Source: Coleofasciculus chthonoplastes F2-STO-03 (GTDB lineage Bacteria > Cyanobacteriota > Cyanobacteriia > Cyanobacteriales > Coleofasciculaceae). From it: a stretch of 47,685 nt of DNA. Location of the stretch: the NCBI GenBank assembly GCA_040222015.1, contig JAVJWO010000064.1, positions 1-47,685 on the forward strand, written 5' to 3'. Each line of letters starts with the position of its first letter. Position 1 is the first letter of the stretch. A program made the position numbers and the translations under genes. The notes below the pieces were generated by a model, which was not told the DNA's origin, did no database searches, and was given only the letters and a program-made list of their open reading frames with translations. Below, one piece after another: positions 26,994-36,669 of the stretch.

Positions 26994-27947
26994 TTAGTTT
27001 TCCGAGGTTAGAGCTGACGCTAAACGTTTGGCGAGGTCAAAAATATCGTCTTTTCTGGCAATTTGGTCACGCCAGTCTTGGGGAATTTGTTCTACTCCGT
27101 AATACAGTCCCGCTAATCCACCTGTAATCGCCGCCGTGGTATCTGTATCTCCACCCAAATTAACCGCTTTTAACACGGATTGGGCATAAGATGTACTGGT
27201 TAAAAAACACCAAAGCGCGGCTTCTAAGCTATGTATAACATAACCACTCGATTGAATCGCCTCCATAGTAAACTGGGCGATTTCTCCCTCTAATACTCTG
27301 GCAAATTGATCCAATTCTGAGGTGTAGGGCGGTTGATTGTAGAGTTTCTGAATCTTTTGAATTCCTTTGAAATAAGCGGGTTCTGGATCATCACCGTCTA
27401 GTAATTGAATCGCGATACTGATATAAATCCCAGATGACATCTGAGAACGGAGATGGGCATGAGTAATCGCAGAAACCTGATGGACTCGATTAATTAATTC
27501 CGGGAATTCTATGGATTTATAATAAAAAGCCATGGGTAAAATTCGCATCAGTGACCCGTTGCCATTACTCCTTTCATCCCGACTCCCTGATTCTAAGGGT
27601 GAAACCTGATCCCAACGCAGGCGACGCAGGGCGGCTGCTGTCGTCATGCCAATATCAAAAACCGTTCCGTGAGGTGTCCAATAGGCTTGATCATGCCAAC
27701 GACAAAAGGATTGTGCGATCGCGTCGAGGGAAAATCCCTGACAGAGGCTTTCGGCTAAACAGAAGGTGAGAGAACTGTCATCTGACCAGGTTCCTGGGGG
27801 TTGATTGTAGGTACCATAGCCCTGCATAGAGGTTACAGGCGATCGCAGGAGTTTCTCCCTCGTGGTAAATTCAACAGGTACACCCAACGCATCGCCCACA
27901 CAGACTCCCAGGAGTCCGGCGAAGACTTGAGATTGGCTGGTTTCCAT
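26994..27947 (-). CDS. ADP-ribosylglycohydrolase family protein (DraG-like)
   Basis: GDALG.PVEF, WSDD, GNGSLMRI, GGDTDT; start METSQ preceded by GGGGAG. Confidence 0.93.
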   Translation of the reverse strand: METSQSQVFAGLLGVCVGDALGVPVEFTTREKLLRSPVTSMQGYGTYNQPPGTWSDDSSLTFCLAESLCQGFSLDAIAQSFCRWHDQAYWTPHGTVFDIGMTTAAALRRLRWDQVSPLESGSRDERSNGNGSLMRILPMAFYYKSIEFPELINRVHQVSAITHAHLRSQMSSGIYISIAIQLLDGDDPEPAYFKGIQKIQKLYNQPPYTSELDQFARVLEGEIAQFTMEAIQSSGYVIHSLEAALWCFLTSTSYAQSVLKAVNLGGDTDTTAAITGGLAGLYYGVEQIPQDWRDQIARKDDIFDLAKRLASALTSEN

Positions 27948-27974
27948 GAACAACTTCTCCCCACTTGAGACAGC

Positions 27975-27998
27975 AAAAAAAGGTGGGCTACGCCCACC
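27975..27998 (-). terminator. Rho-independent terminator after the SPFH gene
   Basis: GGTGGGC-gta-GCCCACC followed by T7 on the minus strand. Confidence 0.75.
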
Positions 27999-28036
27999 CG
28001 AAAACGATGACAAATAACAAATGATCCTTTACCAGG

Positions 28037-29035
28037 TTAACGGTTATTGTGCGACTCAAAATTGAACGGTTCCGAATCCAACGATTCGCGATCGCCTACC
28101 ATGGATCGAATCCCCTCAATCGTAGCTGGAATTGCACGGGGGTCCATAAACATTACCTTGCTACTATCGCTACTGCCAATCTCTTTACCCATATCCAGAT
28201 AATTCTGTGCCAGTAAGAACTGCAGGGCATCACGGGCAACAGGATCACTCTTGAGTGTCTTCGCCACAATTTGCAGCGCCTCTGAGGTAGCTTGCGCCTT
28301 GAGAACGGACTGCTGGCGTTCGGCTTGGGCTTTGAGGACAATCGCCTTTTGTTGCGCCTCTGCGTCTAAAATCGCCGCCTTTTGTCGCGCTTCTGCATCC
28401 AGCACTTGGGCTTCCGCGTTCCCTCTGGCACTATTCACTGCCGATTCCCGTTCCCCTTCAGAGGTGAGAATTGCCGCCCGTTTGCGCCGTTCGGCTGACA
28501 TCTGCAACTCCATTGAGTCTTGTACCGCCTTGGATGGCACAATATCCCGCAATTCCACCCGTGTCACTTTCACGCCCCAAGGATCAGTCGCAATATCCAA
28601 TTCCCGCAGCAAGGTTTCATTCACTTCAGAACGCGCCGTAAAGGTTTGATCGAGTTCCAGTTTGCCCATTTCTGAACGAATCTGCGTCAGCACTAAATTC
28701 ACCATGGCGGCTTGCAGATCTTCTACCTTGTAGTAAGCTTTTTCCATATCCATGATCCGCCAATAGACCACGGCGTCCACGCTGATGGAAACATTATCGC
28801 AAGTGATGCACTTTTGGGGAGGAATGTCAAGCACTTTTTCCCGAATTGTTTCCTTATACACGATGCGATCGAGAATCGGAACCATAATATTCAATCCCGG
28901 TTCCAGTTTTTTGCCACTGTATTTCCCCAATCGTTCCACTAACGCTTCATTTCCTTGATTAACAATCTTAATGGAGCTAGCCATCGTGGAACCGCCAAGC
29001 ACCAAAATAATCAGCCAAGCGAATGGATTTATCAT
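28037..29035 (-). CDS. SPFH/Band 7 (stomatin/paraslipin-like) protein
   Basis: ERLGKY...[32 protein letters not shown] before MINPF. Confidence 0.95.
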   Translation of the reverse strand: MINPFAWLIILVLGGSTMASSIKIVNQGNEALVERLGKYSGKKLEPGLNIMVPILDRIVYKETIREKVLDIPPQKCITCDNVSISVDAVVYWRIMDMEKAYYKVEDLQAAMVNLVLTQIRSEMGKLELDQTFTARSEVNETLLRELDIATDPWGVKVTRVELRDIVPSKAVQDSMELQMSAERRKRAAILTSEGERESAVNSARGNAEAQVLDAEARQKAAILDAEAQQKAIVLKAQAERQQSVLKAQATSEALQIVAKTLKSDPVARDALQFLLAQNYLDMGKEIGSSDSSKVMFMDPRAIPATIEGIRSMVGDRESLDSEPFNFESHNNR

Positions 29036-29104
29036 GGTATTACCTCCTAGAATTTTGATACTATGCAACCCGCCAAGAGTAGCCAGCGTGTTTCAACGGA
29101 AAAT

Positions 29105-29533
29105 TTAATTTATGAGAGTCTGGGGAACAACAATGAGTGTGTTACCTTGACGGCGGACAACATAAACCTTTTGGTTGGGTGCGATCGCCGCCATTTCATC
29201 ATCACAACGCGCTTGCCAGGAATTGCCTTCATAGAGGATGCGTCCCGTTTCTCCAGGGGGAATTTCGGTCAGGGTGCGAGCTTCCACCGCATCGAAACGC
29301 TTAGCGATCTTGGCGGCTGGGAGAATGCGACGAGATGCGATAACCAGCGCTGTGGATAGCGCCAACCATAGCACAACTTGTACCGGAAACAGGGGAATCA
29401 TTAACGCCACCAGCGCCACGATTAAAGCGCTAATTCCCATGGTAAAGGCAACAAACGCCGTCGGCACGAATAGCTCCACCAGACAAAGCATTGATCCTGC
29501 CAGGAGCCAGAGTAGGGAAGGATTGAGTGACAT
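29105..29533 (-). CDS. NfeD-family membrane protein
   Basis: Three hydrophobic helices + OB-fold GRILYEGNSWQA; canonical NfeD-SPFH gene pair. Confidence 0.92.
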   Translation of the reverse strand: MSLNPSLLWLLAGSMLCLVELFVPTAFVAFTMGISALIVALVALMIPLFPVQVVLWLALSTALVIASRRILPAAKIAKRFDAVEARTLTEIPPGETGRILYEGNSWQARCDDEMAAIAPNQKVYVVRRQGNTLIVVPQTLIN

Positions 29534-29848
29534 ATAAAAATCCAGTGTATCCTGGGTTGAAAGAATTTTCTTCTAGTTTAATTCGTTATAAAGGGGCATA
29601 CATCACCACGGACACCTACTATTAGCCTGTGGTACCAGTTGGCACGCCAGTCTGGTGGGAAAATACTCATTCTCAATAATTAATAGTAATTGATATATGC
29701 TTTGTCCGGCTTTGTTTTCGGCATCTCTTTTTACATCGAACTCGGGTCAGTTAAGTAATTTCGTTGCCTTACTTGGAGTGGGAATCGCGCCTCTGATATT
29801 CTAGGAGTCATTAATTTATAGAATAAGCCAAGACATCCTAGAGTTCTA

Positions 29849-30826
29849 ATGCATATTCACACTCTTGAACAATGGCAACATTCTCACGACTTCTCTATTA
29901 ACCAGTATCATGCCGAGAAAAATACCAAGATAGTAATGTTTCTAACAGCAATCATTGTGACTGCTGAAATTGTGGCAGGAACTATTTTTGGTTCAATGGC
30001 GTTGCTTGCGGATGGTTGGCACATGGCAACCCATGTTGCAGCATTCGGGATTACAGTCTTTGCCTATCAATATGCTCGAAACCATGCAACTGACCCTAGA
30101 TACACCTTTGGAACAGGTAAAGTCAGTGTTCTTGGAGGTTTTGCTAGTGCTGTTGCACTTGCGGTAATTGCTTGTGTTATGGCATTTGAATCAGCCGCAC
30201 GTCTTTTTCAGCCTCAAGCGATTCAGTTCAATGAGGCAATCGGTGTCGCCATGCTTGGGTTAGCCGTTAATTTAGTCAGTGCTTGGTTATTGCAAGATAA
30301 TCATGATCACTCCCACAAGCACCATGATCACGGTCATAACCATCATCATAGCCGGGATAACAATCTTCGTGCTGCTTACCTGCACGTTTTAGCAGATGCG
30401 CTAACGTCTGTTTTGGCAATTGTTGCCTTATTCGCGGGAAAGTTTTTAGGTTGGGTTTGGCTGGATGCAGTGGTGGGTTTGGTCGGTGGAGGAGTCATTG
30501 CCAGATGGTCTTATAGTTTGGTTACTGACACGGGTTCAATCTTGCTTGATGGCTCGATTGATCAGCAAATCAAGGGAGATATTATGACCGCTATTGAGGA
30601 AGATGCTGATAATCGTGTGACCGACTTACACGTTTGGTATGTTGGTCAAAATCATTTAGCGGCAACAATTTCACTCGTTACGCATTATCCTCAAGCACCA
30701 GACTATTACAAAAAATTACTCAGTTATATTCCATCTCTTTCTCATGTGCTGGTTGAAGTTAACCACTGTCACAGTGAGCCTTGTGTAGAATCGCCACCTA
30801 ACCAGTCGTTATCGGTAACCCGTTGA
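29849..30826 (+). CDS. dmeF: CDF-family Co/Ni efflux transporter (DmeF-like)
   Basis: SMALLADGWHM, His-rich loop, NLRAAYLHVLADA, DLHVW. Confidence 0.85.
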   Translation: MHIHTLEQWQHSHDFSINQYHAEKNTKIVMFLTAIIVTAEIVAGTIFGSMALLADGWHMATHVAAFGITVFAYQYARNHATDPRYTFGTGKVSVLGGFASAVALAVIACVMAFESAARLFQPQAIQFNEAIGVAMLGLAVNLVSAWLLQDNHDHSHKHHDHGHNHHHSRDNNLRAAYLHVLADALTSVLAIVALFAGKFLGWVWLDAVVGLVGGGVIARWSYSLVTDTGSILLDGSIDQQIKGDIMTAIEEDADNRVTDLHVWYVGQNHLAATISLVTHYPQAPDYYKKLLSYIPSLSHVLVEVNHCHSEPCVESPPNQSLSVTR

Positions 30827-30935
30827 AGAATTGGGCGATTAGTTCAAAAATCTTTGGCTTTATCAATAAAACTTAATTGCCCTCGAACTTAGGGGAAGTT
30901 AAGCTAATAGCGTTTTTCATCTAGAGGAATAGAGA

Positions 30936-32387
30936 GTGAGCAAATCCATACTATCGCGTTTCCGTCACGCCTTAATTATCGGAGTTTTGACCCTAGCCAT
31001 CATGGGGTTGACGGCTCAATGGGCTTTGGCTCAGGAGTACCCACGCGCTGCCACCCTGTTTGAGAATGTGCAGATTTTCGACGGCACCTCAGAAGAACTG
31101 TCTGAAAAAACCAACGTGCTGGTAGTTGACAACATCATTAAGGTGATTTCGACTGAGCCCATTATCCCGAAATATTTGAGTGTAACCACCATCAACGGCG
31201 AGGGGCGGGTGCTCATGCCGGGACTAATCGACGCCCATGTGCATTTGTACATGGCTACCCTCCCGCCTGAATTGAGCGTCTCTCCTGATATGATGACTCC
31301 AGAGGAGCTGGAGCAAAATGCCGAGAAAGCAGCTACCGATACGCTGATGCGCGGGTTTACTAGCGTCCGTGATATGGCAGGTCCGGTTTTTAATCTGAAG
31401 CGGGCAATAGATGCCGGAAAAGTAGTCGGTCCGCGCATTTATCCTAGCGGCGCGATGATTTCCCAAACCAGCGGACATGGCGACTATCGCACCCCAGCAG
31501 ACCTACCCAGAACCCCAACATCTCCCCTCAGCCCTGCAGAAGAGCTGGGAATTGGCGCGATCGCCGATGGCGTCCCGGAAGTGCTCCGTGCGACTCGGGA
31601 GCAACTGATGAAAGGAGCCAGCCAGATCAAGCTTGCCGCCGGGGGTGGAGTCTCCTCCAACTACGATCCGCTGGATGTGAGCCAGTACACCGAAGCCGAA
31701 TTCAGCGCTGCCGTTGAAGCAGCGGAAGACTGGGGCACCTATGTCACCGTTCACGCCTATACCCCTCGCGCCATCCAGAAAGCCATTCGGGCTGGGGTCA
31801 AGTGCATCGAGCACGGTCAGCTGATGGATGAGGAAACCGCGAAAATCATGCAGGAAAAGGATATCTGGCTCAGCCTACAACCTTTCCTGGATGACGAAGA
31901 CGCCAACCCCCAAGAAGGAGAAAAGCGGGAAAAGCAGCTCCTAGTGGCCAAGGGCACCGACATTGCTTACAATCTGGCGAAAGAGTACAACCTCAAAACC
32001 GCCTGGGGTACTGATACGCTGTTCTCTGCCAAGCTGGCCGCTCGCCAAGGAGCAAAACTCGCCAAATTGGAGCGCTGGTACACCTCAGCAGAAGTATTGA
32101 AAATGGCCACCAGCACCAATGCTCAACTGCTGGCAATGTCGGGTCTTCGCAATCCCTATCCCGGCAAGCTGGGAGTCGTGAAACCTGAAGACGCCCGGGC
32201 GCTGGGAGTCGTGAAAGAAGACGCCCTGGCTGACCTACTGTTGGTGGATGGTAACCCGCTGGAGGATATTAAGCTCATTGAAGACCCAGCCCAAAACTTC
32301 GTCGTGATTATGAAAGATGGCAAAATTTACAAGAATAAACTCCCTGCTAGCGATGAGGGTGATAACTCCGGCGAACAGGTTGATTGA
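30936..32387 (+). CDS. Secreted metal-dependent amidohydrolase family protein
   Basis: Signal peptide (ALA-Q); MPGLIDAHVH, QIK, VHAY, IEHG, GTD, ADLLLVDGNPL. Confidence 0.9.
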   Translation: MSKSILSRFRHALIIGVLTLAIMGLTAQWALAQEYPRAATLFENVQIFDGTSEELSEKTNVLVVDNIIKVISTEPIIPKYLSVTTINGEGRVLMPGLIDAHVHLYMATLPPELSVSPDMMTPEELEQNAEKAATDTLMRGFTSVRDMAGPVFNLKRAIDAGKVVGPRIYPSGAMISQTSGHGDYRTPADLPRTPTSPLSPAEELGIGAIADGVPEVLRATREQLMKGASQIKLAAGGGVSSNYDPLDVSQYTEAEFSAAVEAAEDWGTYVTVHAYTPRAIQKAIRAGVKCIEHGQLMDEETAKIMQEKDIWLSLQPFLDDEDANPQEGEKREKQLLVAKGTDIAYNLAKEYNLKTAWGTDTLFSAKLAARQGAKLAKLERWYTSAEVLKMATSTNAQLLAMSGLRNPYPGKLGVVKPEDARALGVVKEDALADLLLVDGNPLEDIKLIEDPAQNFVVIMKDGKIYKNKLPASDEGDNSGEQVD

Positions 32388-32465
32388 AGGCGGAGCTTTT
32401 CCACCTAAATCGCCAGGATTCCCCATCCTCAAAGCGGATGAGCGTACAGCTACAGTTTTAAGGTT

Positions 32466-34445
32466 ATGAGTACTGATCAGCCGCAAACTAATCGTTATCT
32501 GTGGGCAGTAGGTGCAACGGCTGCATCGATCCCAGCGGGGGAAATGGTTGCCGAACGGTATCAAGTCGTTGCCCCTCAAATTTGGCTGGATCTGCACCCA
32601 GAGGAGTTACCTCAGGCTCCCGATCGCATAAGTGGCATATTTCTCCCCTATCTACGCCTGTATCCCCATCGTTTGCACGTTCCAGAGGTTTATGGCGTTT
32701 GTTCCGGGGCAGACTCTCAATCGACTACGCCGATTATTTTGCTGGAAAATGTCCCGATTGACAACAACGGCGAACTCTATCCGGCGATTACTTCACAATG
32801 GTCAAAAGCCTCCCCTGTGCGTCAGATTTATTGGTTATGGCAAATTTTAGAGTTATGGCAACCCTTCGCTGAATTAGGTGTAGCCGCTACCCTGGTTGAT
32901 CCCGAACAGGTGCGAGTCGAAGGCTGGCGGGTGCGACTGCGGGCACTGATTAGGAATGGAACGACGGATTCTGATCCCGCACCTGTTCCAACGTCAATCA
33001 GCCGTGACAAAAAAGACTCATCAACAGGTACATCTGGAGGTACAACAACCCTACCCCACTCCCGAACTCAGGCGAGTCTGCAACAGCTAGGAAAATGTTG
33101 GGAATCTTGGTGTCGCACAGCATCCGTGGTGGTGGCGGATCAACTGCGAGATATCGCCCAGCAAATGCAAACGCCTAACCCCTCCTTTGAGGCAATTGCC
33201 GTTCAGCTTAATCAGCTTCTGTTGGCTCAATCTTCGCAACAACCCTTACGTTTAGAAGTCGCTGGACTCACGGATACTGGTCCGTTACATGACCACAATG
33301 AGGATAGCTGCTATCCCCTGCGATCGGATTTGACCCCAGAACCTGATCCCCTGATTCCCCATCTCTCCCTCGTCTGTGATGGGATTGGCGGACATGAAGG
33401 CGGCGAAGTCGCTAGCCATATCGCCATGCAGTCGGTGAAAATTCAGGTGCGGGCGTTGCTAGCTGAGTTACTTGAAGATCCGGAACTGATGAGTCCGGAT
33501 TTAGTGGCACAACAACTATCGGCAATTGTTCGAGTTGTCAATAATCTTATTGCCTCCAAGAACGACCAACAAGAACGAGAATCCCGGCGGCGTATGGGTA
33601 CAACTTTAACCCTAGCCCTACAATTGCCGCAAACGGTGATTCAAGCGGATAGCGAAGGCAATAGTCACGAACTCTACATTGCCAGTGTCGGGGATAGTCG
33701 TGCCTACTGGATCACTCCCGACTACTGCCAACAGCTTACTGTCGATGATGATGTGGCAACGCGGGAAGTCAGGATGGGTCGAAGTTTTTACCGTCATGCC
33801 TTACAGCGCCCAGATTCTGGCGCATTGACCCAAGCCGTAGGAACCAAGGATGCGGAGTCTCTTTATCCCCATGTACGCCGCTTGATTTTAGAGGAAGATG
33901 GTTTATTGTTGCTCTGTTCAGATGGGGTAAGTGATAACAATTTGCTAGAGTCTGTTTATGCGGATTTTGCCAAAGATGTGTTCAATGGCAAGCTATCTCT
34001 AGAAGCAGCGGTACGGTTTCTGGTTGATCAGGCAAATCAACGGAATGGGTATGATAACGCCTCGGTTGTTCTCACCTATTGTGGTGTTTCTCCACAATAT
34101 CCGGTGGTGTTGAATCTGGACGGATTACAACTGGAAAATAATGCCCAGACTATCGAGTTAGAGACTCAATTGCCAGCCACAGAGGAACCTGTTGGTGAGG
34201 AGGACGAGGAAATGTCCGAACCTATAGACGTTGAAGTCGCATCCTCTAGTCAGGATTGGTTCAAGATCATCTTAGGAGTTTTTGGGATACTGGTGATTAT
34301 CCTCTCGGCGGGCGCTGCTGTGTTTATTGCCCAGTGGTTACTCAATCCCCAAGCATTCAAACAAATGCGCGATCGCTTTTCGCCTCCCCAACCGATAGAA
34401 CAGCCTGAGCCTATCCCTGATTCACCACCCACATCAGAGGAGTAA
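32466..34445 (+). CDS. PP2C-family Ser/Thr phosphatase with N-terminal kinase-like region and C-terminal TM helix
   Basis: NEDS, CDGIGGHEGGEVAS, MGTT, VGDSRAY, LCSDG, GYDN. Confidence 0.92.
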   Translation: MSTDQPQTNRYLWAVGATAASIPAGEMVAERYQVVAPQIWLDLHPEELPQAPDRISGIFLPYLRLYPHRLHVPEVYGVCSGADSQSTTPIILLENVPIDNNGELYPAITSQWSKASPVRQIYWLWQILELWQPFAELGVAATLVDPEQVRVEGWRVRLRALIRNGTTDSDPAPVPTSISRDKKDSSTGTSGGTTTLPHSRTQASLQQLGKCWESWCRTASVVVADQLRDIAQQMQTPNPSFEAIAVQLNQLLLAQSSQQPLRLEVAGLTDTGPLHDHNEDSCYPLRSDLTPEPDPLIPHLSLVCDGIGGHEGGEVASHIAMQSVKIQVRALLAELLEDPELMSPDLVAQQLSAIVRVVNNLIASKNDQQERESRRRMGTTLTLALQLPQTVIQADSEGNSHELYIASVGDSRAYWITPDYCQQLTVDDDVATREVRMGRSFYRHALQRPDSGALTQAVGTKDAESLYPHVRRLILEEDGLLLLCSDGVSDNNLLESVYADFAKDVFNGKLSLEAAVRFLVDQANQRNGYDNASVVLTYCGVSPQYPVVLNLDGLQLENNAQTIELETQLPATEEPVGEEDEEMSEPIDVEVASSSQDWFKIILGVFGILVIILSAGAAVFIAQWLLNPQAFKQMRDRFSPPQPIEQPEPIPDSPPTSEE

Positions 34446-34583
34446 GAGTTCCACTACTTGGATTATTTTGTTACCAATAGATCGAAACAATTGCAGTTCC
34501 CGCGCCAGTTACGGGTTCTCTAGATTCAGTGCTTCCGGTTCTTTTGATTTGAGTGCGATCGCGCCTGTTTGAGGAGTTCGTTC

Positions 34584-34710
34584 GTAGTCAGGGCTTTAGC
34601 CCTAGATTGTTAAGAGGAAGTGTGCTACGCCATTACCTTTGAATAAGGGCGGGTTTTGTTGCTCAGTTATTAATAAAAAGCTAGCTTGAATGGCTAAACC
34701 CGCCCCTACA
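34584..34710. repeat. Two REP-like elements in the intergenic region
   Basis: GTAGTCAGGGCTTTAGCCCT (34584) and GGGCGGGTTT...AAACCCGCCCCTAC (34646-34710). Confidence 0.7.
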
Positions 34711-34953
34711 ATTAACTGGCTTTGCCCGATTTGGTATTGGACAGTACCAGGTAATTGCTCTTTAGCTCAAAAGTATATATGATAAAATTGTCACAACAAG
34801 CGTCAGCCTTCTGGAAGATTACTTTAGTTCAGGGCTGACTGGAGCGTGACTCCATTATTTGGGTCATGACACCTTTGAATGTGTGCTTTTATCCATAACG
34901 TTAGAAATTGCTCTAAAATCGATCTTGACAAATGGCAAAACTAAGGTGAGACA

Positions 34954-36579
34954 GTGCCGACTCTTAAAGCCTCTCAATGGGGACTCGCTAAAATCAAGCA
35001 AGCCAGAAATGAAAAGGGGTGGAGTTGGAGTCTTGATGATGACGACACCTGCTTGCTTGAGGCTAGTCGAATACTGGAACCGGATAAACCGTGGTATACT
35101 GGCGGACCTTATGCCACTGGACTCTCCCAAGGGACATGGAAACGGTTTTTAGCCGGAAGACAACCCATTAGTGCTCATGCCTTTAAAGCATATTGTCACG
35201 TTCTAGGACTCAACTGGGAAGAAATTGTCGATCAAGGCAAGACGACACCCTCCAATAGTCGTAGCCGCCAAGATTGGGGAGAAACCATTGACATCTCCAT
35301 CTTTTACGGTCGCACGTCGGAACTGAAACAGCTAGACCAATGGATTGTCAAAGAACGCTGTCGTATCGTAGCACTCCTGGGAATGGGGGGAATCGGTAAA
35401 ACCGCCCTGGCAGCGAAGGTAGCTGAACAGGTACAATCTTCCTTTGAATATGTGATCTGGCGATCGCTACGTCATGCTTCACCCCTGGGTGATCTCCTCA
35501 CTGAGATAATCGACTTTTTATCGGAGGGTAAGGAACTAGAATCACCTGATACCGCTAACGGTCAAATTTCGCGACTGATGGACTATTGCCAACGCCATCG
35601 CTGTTTGTTGCTCCTCGATGATGTGGAAACTATCATGAGTAGTGGCAGGTTAGCCGGACATTATCGAGACGGGTATCAAGACTACGGGGAACTGATTCGG
35701 CGCATGGCTGAAGAACGCCATCAAAGTTGCTTACTATTGATTAGTCGGGAAAAACCGATAGAAATTGCCTCATTAGCGGGTACAAAACTCCCTGTTCGAG
35801 AACTCAAACTCAAAGGCTTAAGTGCGGAGGATGCCAAACGCATTTTAGAAACGAAAGGATTTTCCTCCTTAAAGTCAAGTGCTGATGCCCTGATTCAGCT
35901 TTATCGCGGCAATCCGTTAGCCCTAAAAATTATGGCGACAACGATCCAAGAAATATTTGACGGAAATATTTCGGAATTTTTAGAGCAAAGTACATTAATT
36001 ATTGGTGATATTCTACCGAATGTTTTTAATCAACAATTCCAACGTTTATCTCCTTTAGAACAGGAAATCATTTATTGGTTGGCACTGGAAAATCAGCCGC
36101 TTTCAATTTCGGAATTCAAAGAGGCAATGAAGTTTTCGGTGACATCCTTATCGAAACTCCTGGCGGCGTTGGAATCCCTCAAACGCCGATCGCTGTTGGA
36201 GAAAGAACCCAATGCCGAAGCCAATGAAGCGATTTTCACCATTCAGCCGGCTCTGTTGAAGTATGCCACCAATCAATTTATCGACCAGGTGTGTCAGCAA
36301 ATTTCAACTGTTTGTCAAACAAAATCCGTAAGTCAACTGGGGCTACTCAGGAGTCATGCCTTAGTCAAAGAACAGGTATCCGATGATATGAAGACGCTAC
36401 AAATTCGCCTAATTCTTACTCGCGTCAGGGATCGATTGTATGTGTTAAAAGACACAGATCGCCTAGATGATCAACTTAAAGCGATTCTTTCTATACTAGA
36501 AGGAACATCTGACCAAATGGTGGGATATGCACGACTTAACACGATCAACTTATTGGATGCGATTGAAGGCAGATTGTAA
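34954..36579 (+). CDS. HTH-like N-terminus + NB-ARC (STAND) NTPase without C-terminal repeats
   Basis: QDWGE..D...FYGR, GMGGIGKT, LLLLDDVE, GNPLALK; GTG start. Confidence 0.88.
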   Translation: MPTLKASQWGLAKIKQARNEKGWSWSLDDDDTCLLEASRILEPDKPWYTGGPYATGLSQGTWKRFLAGRQPISAHAFKAYCHVLGLNWEEIVDQGKTTPSNSRSRQDWGETIDISIFYGRTSELKQLDQWIVKERCRIVALLGMGGIGKTALAAKVAEQVQSSFEYVIWRSLRHASPLGDLLTEIIDFLSEGKELESPDTANGQISRLMDYCQRHRCLLLLDDVETIMSSGRLAGHYRDGYQDYGELIRRMAEERHQSCLLLISREKPIEIASLAGTKLPVRELKLKGLSAEDAKRILETKGFSSLKSSADALIQLYRGNPLALKIMATTIQEIFDGNISEFLEQSTLIIGDILPNVFNQQFQRLSPLEQEIIYWLALENQPLSISEFKEAMKFSVTSLSKLLAALESLKRRSLLEKEPNAEANEAIFTIQPALLKYATNQFIDQVCQQISTVCQTKSVSQLGLLRSHALVKEQVSDDMKTLQIRLILTRVRDRLYVLKDTDRLDDQLKAILSILEGTSDQMVGYARLNTINLLDAIEGRL

Positions 36580-36669
36580 GCAGACCCTAGAGGTTTGGCA
36601 TAAGTGGCGAAGCAAAAAGAGATAAGTGATACTGCGACATAGCCAAGATTACTGTTTCTAACCCCCCTC

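Noticed and set aside
29660..29680. Fur-type box upstream of the CDF gene
   Set aside because: Only one half-site (ATTCTCAAT) matches.
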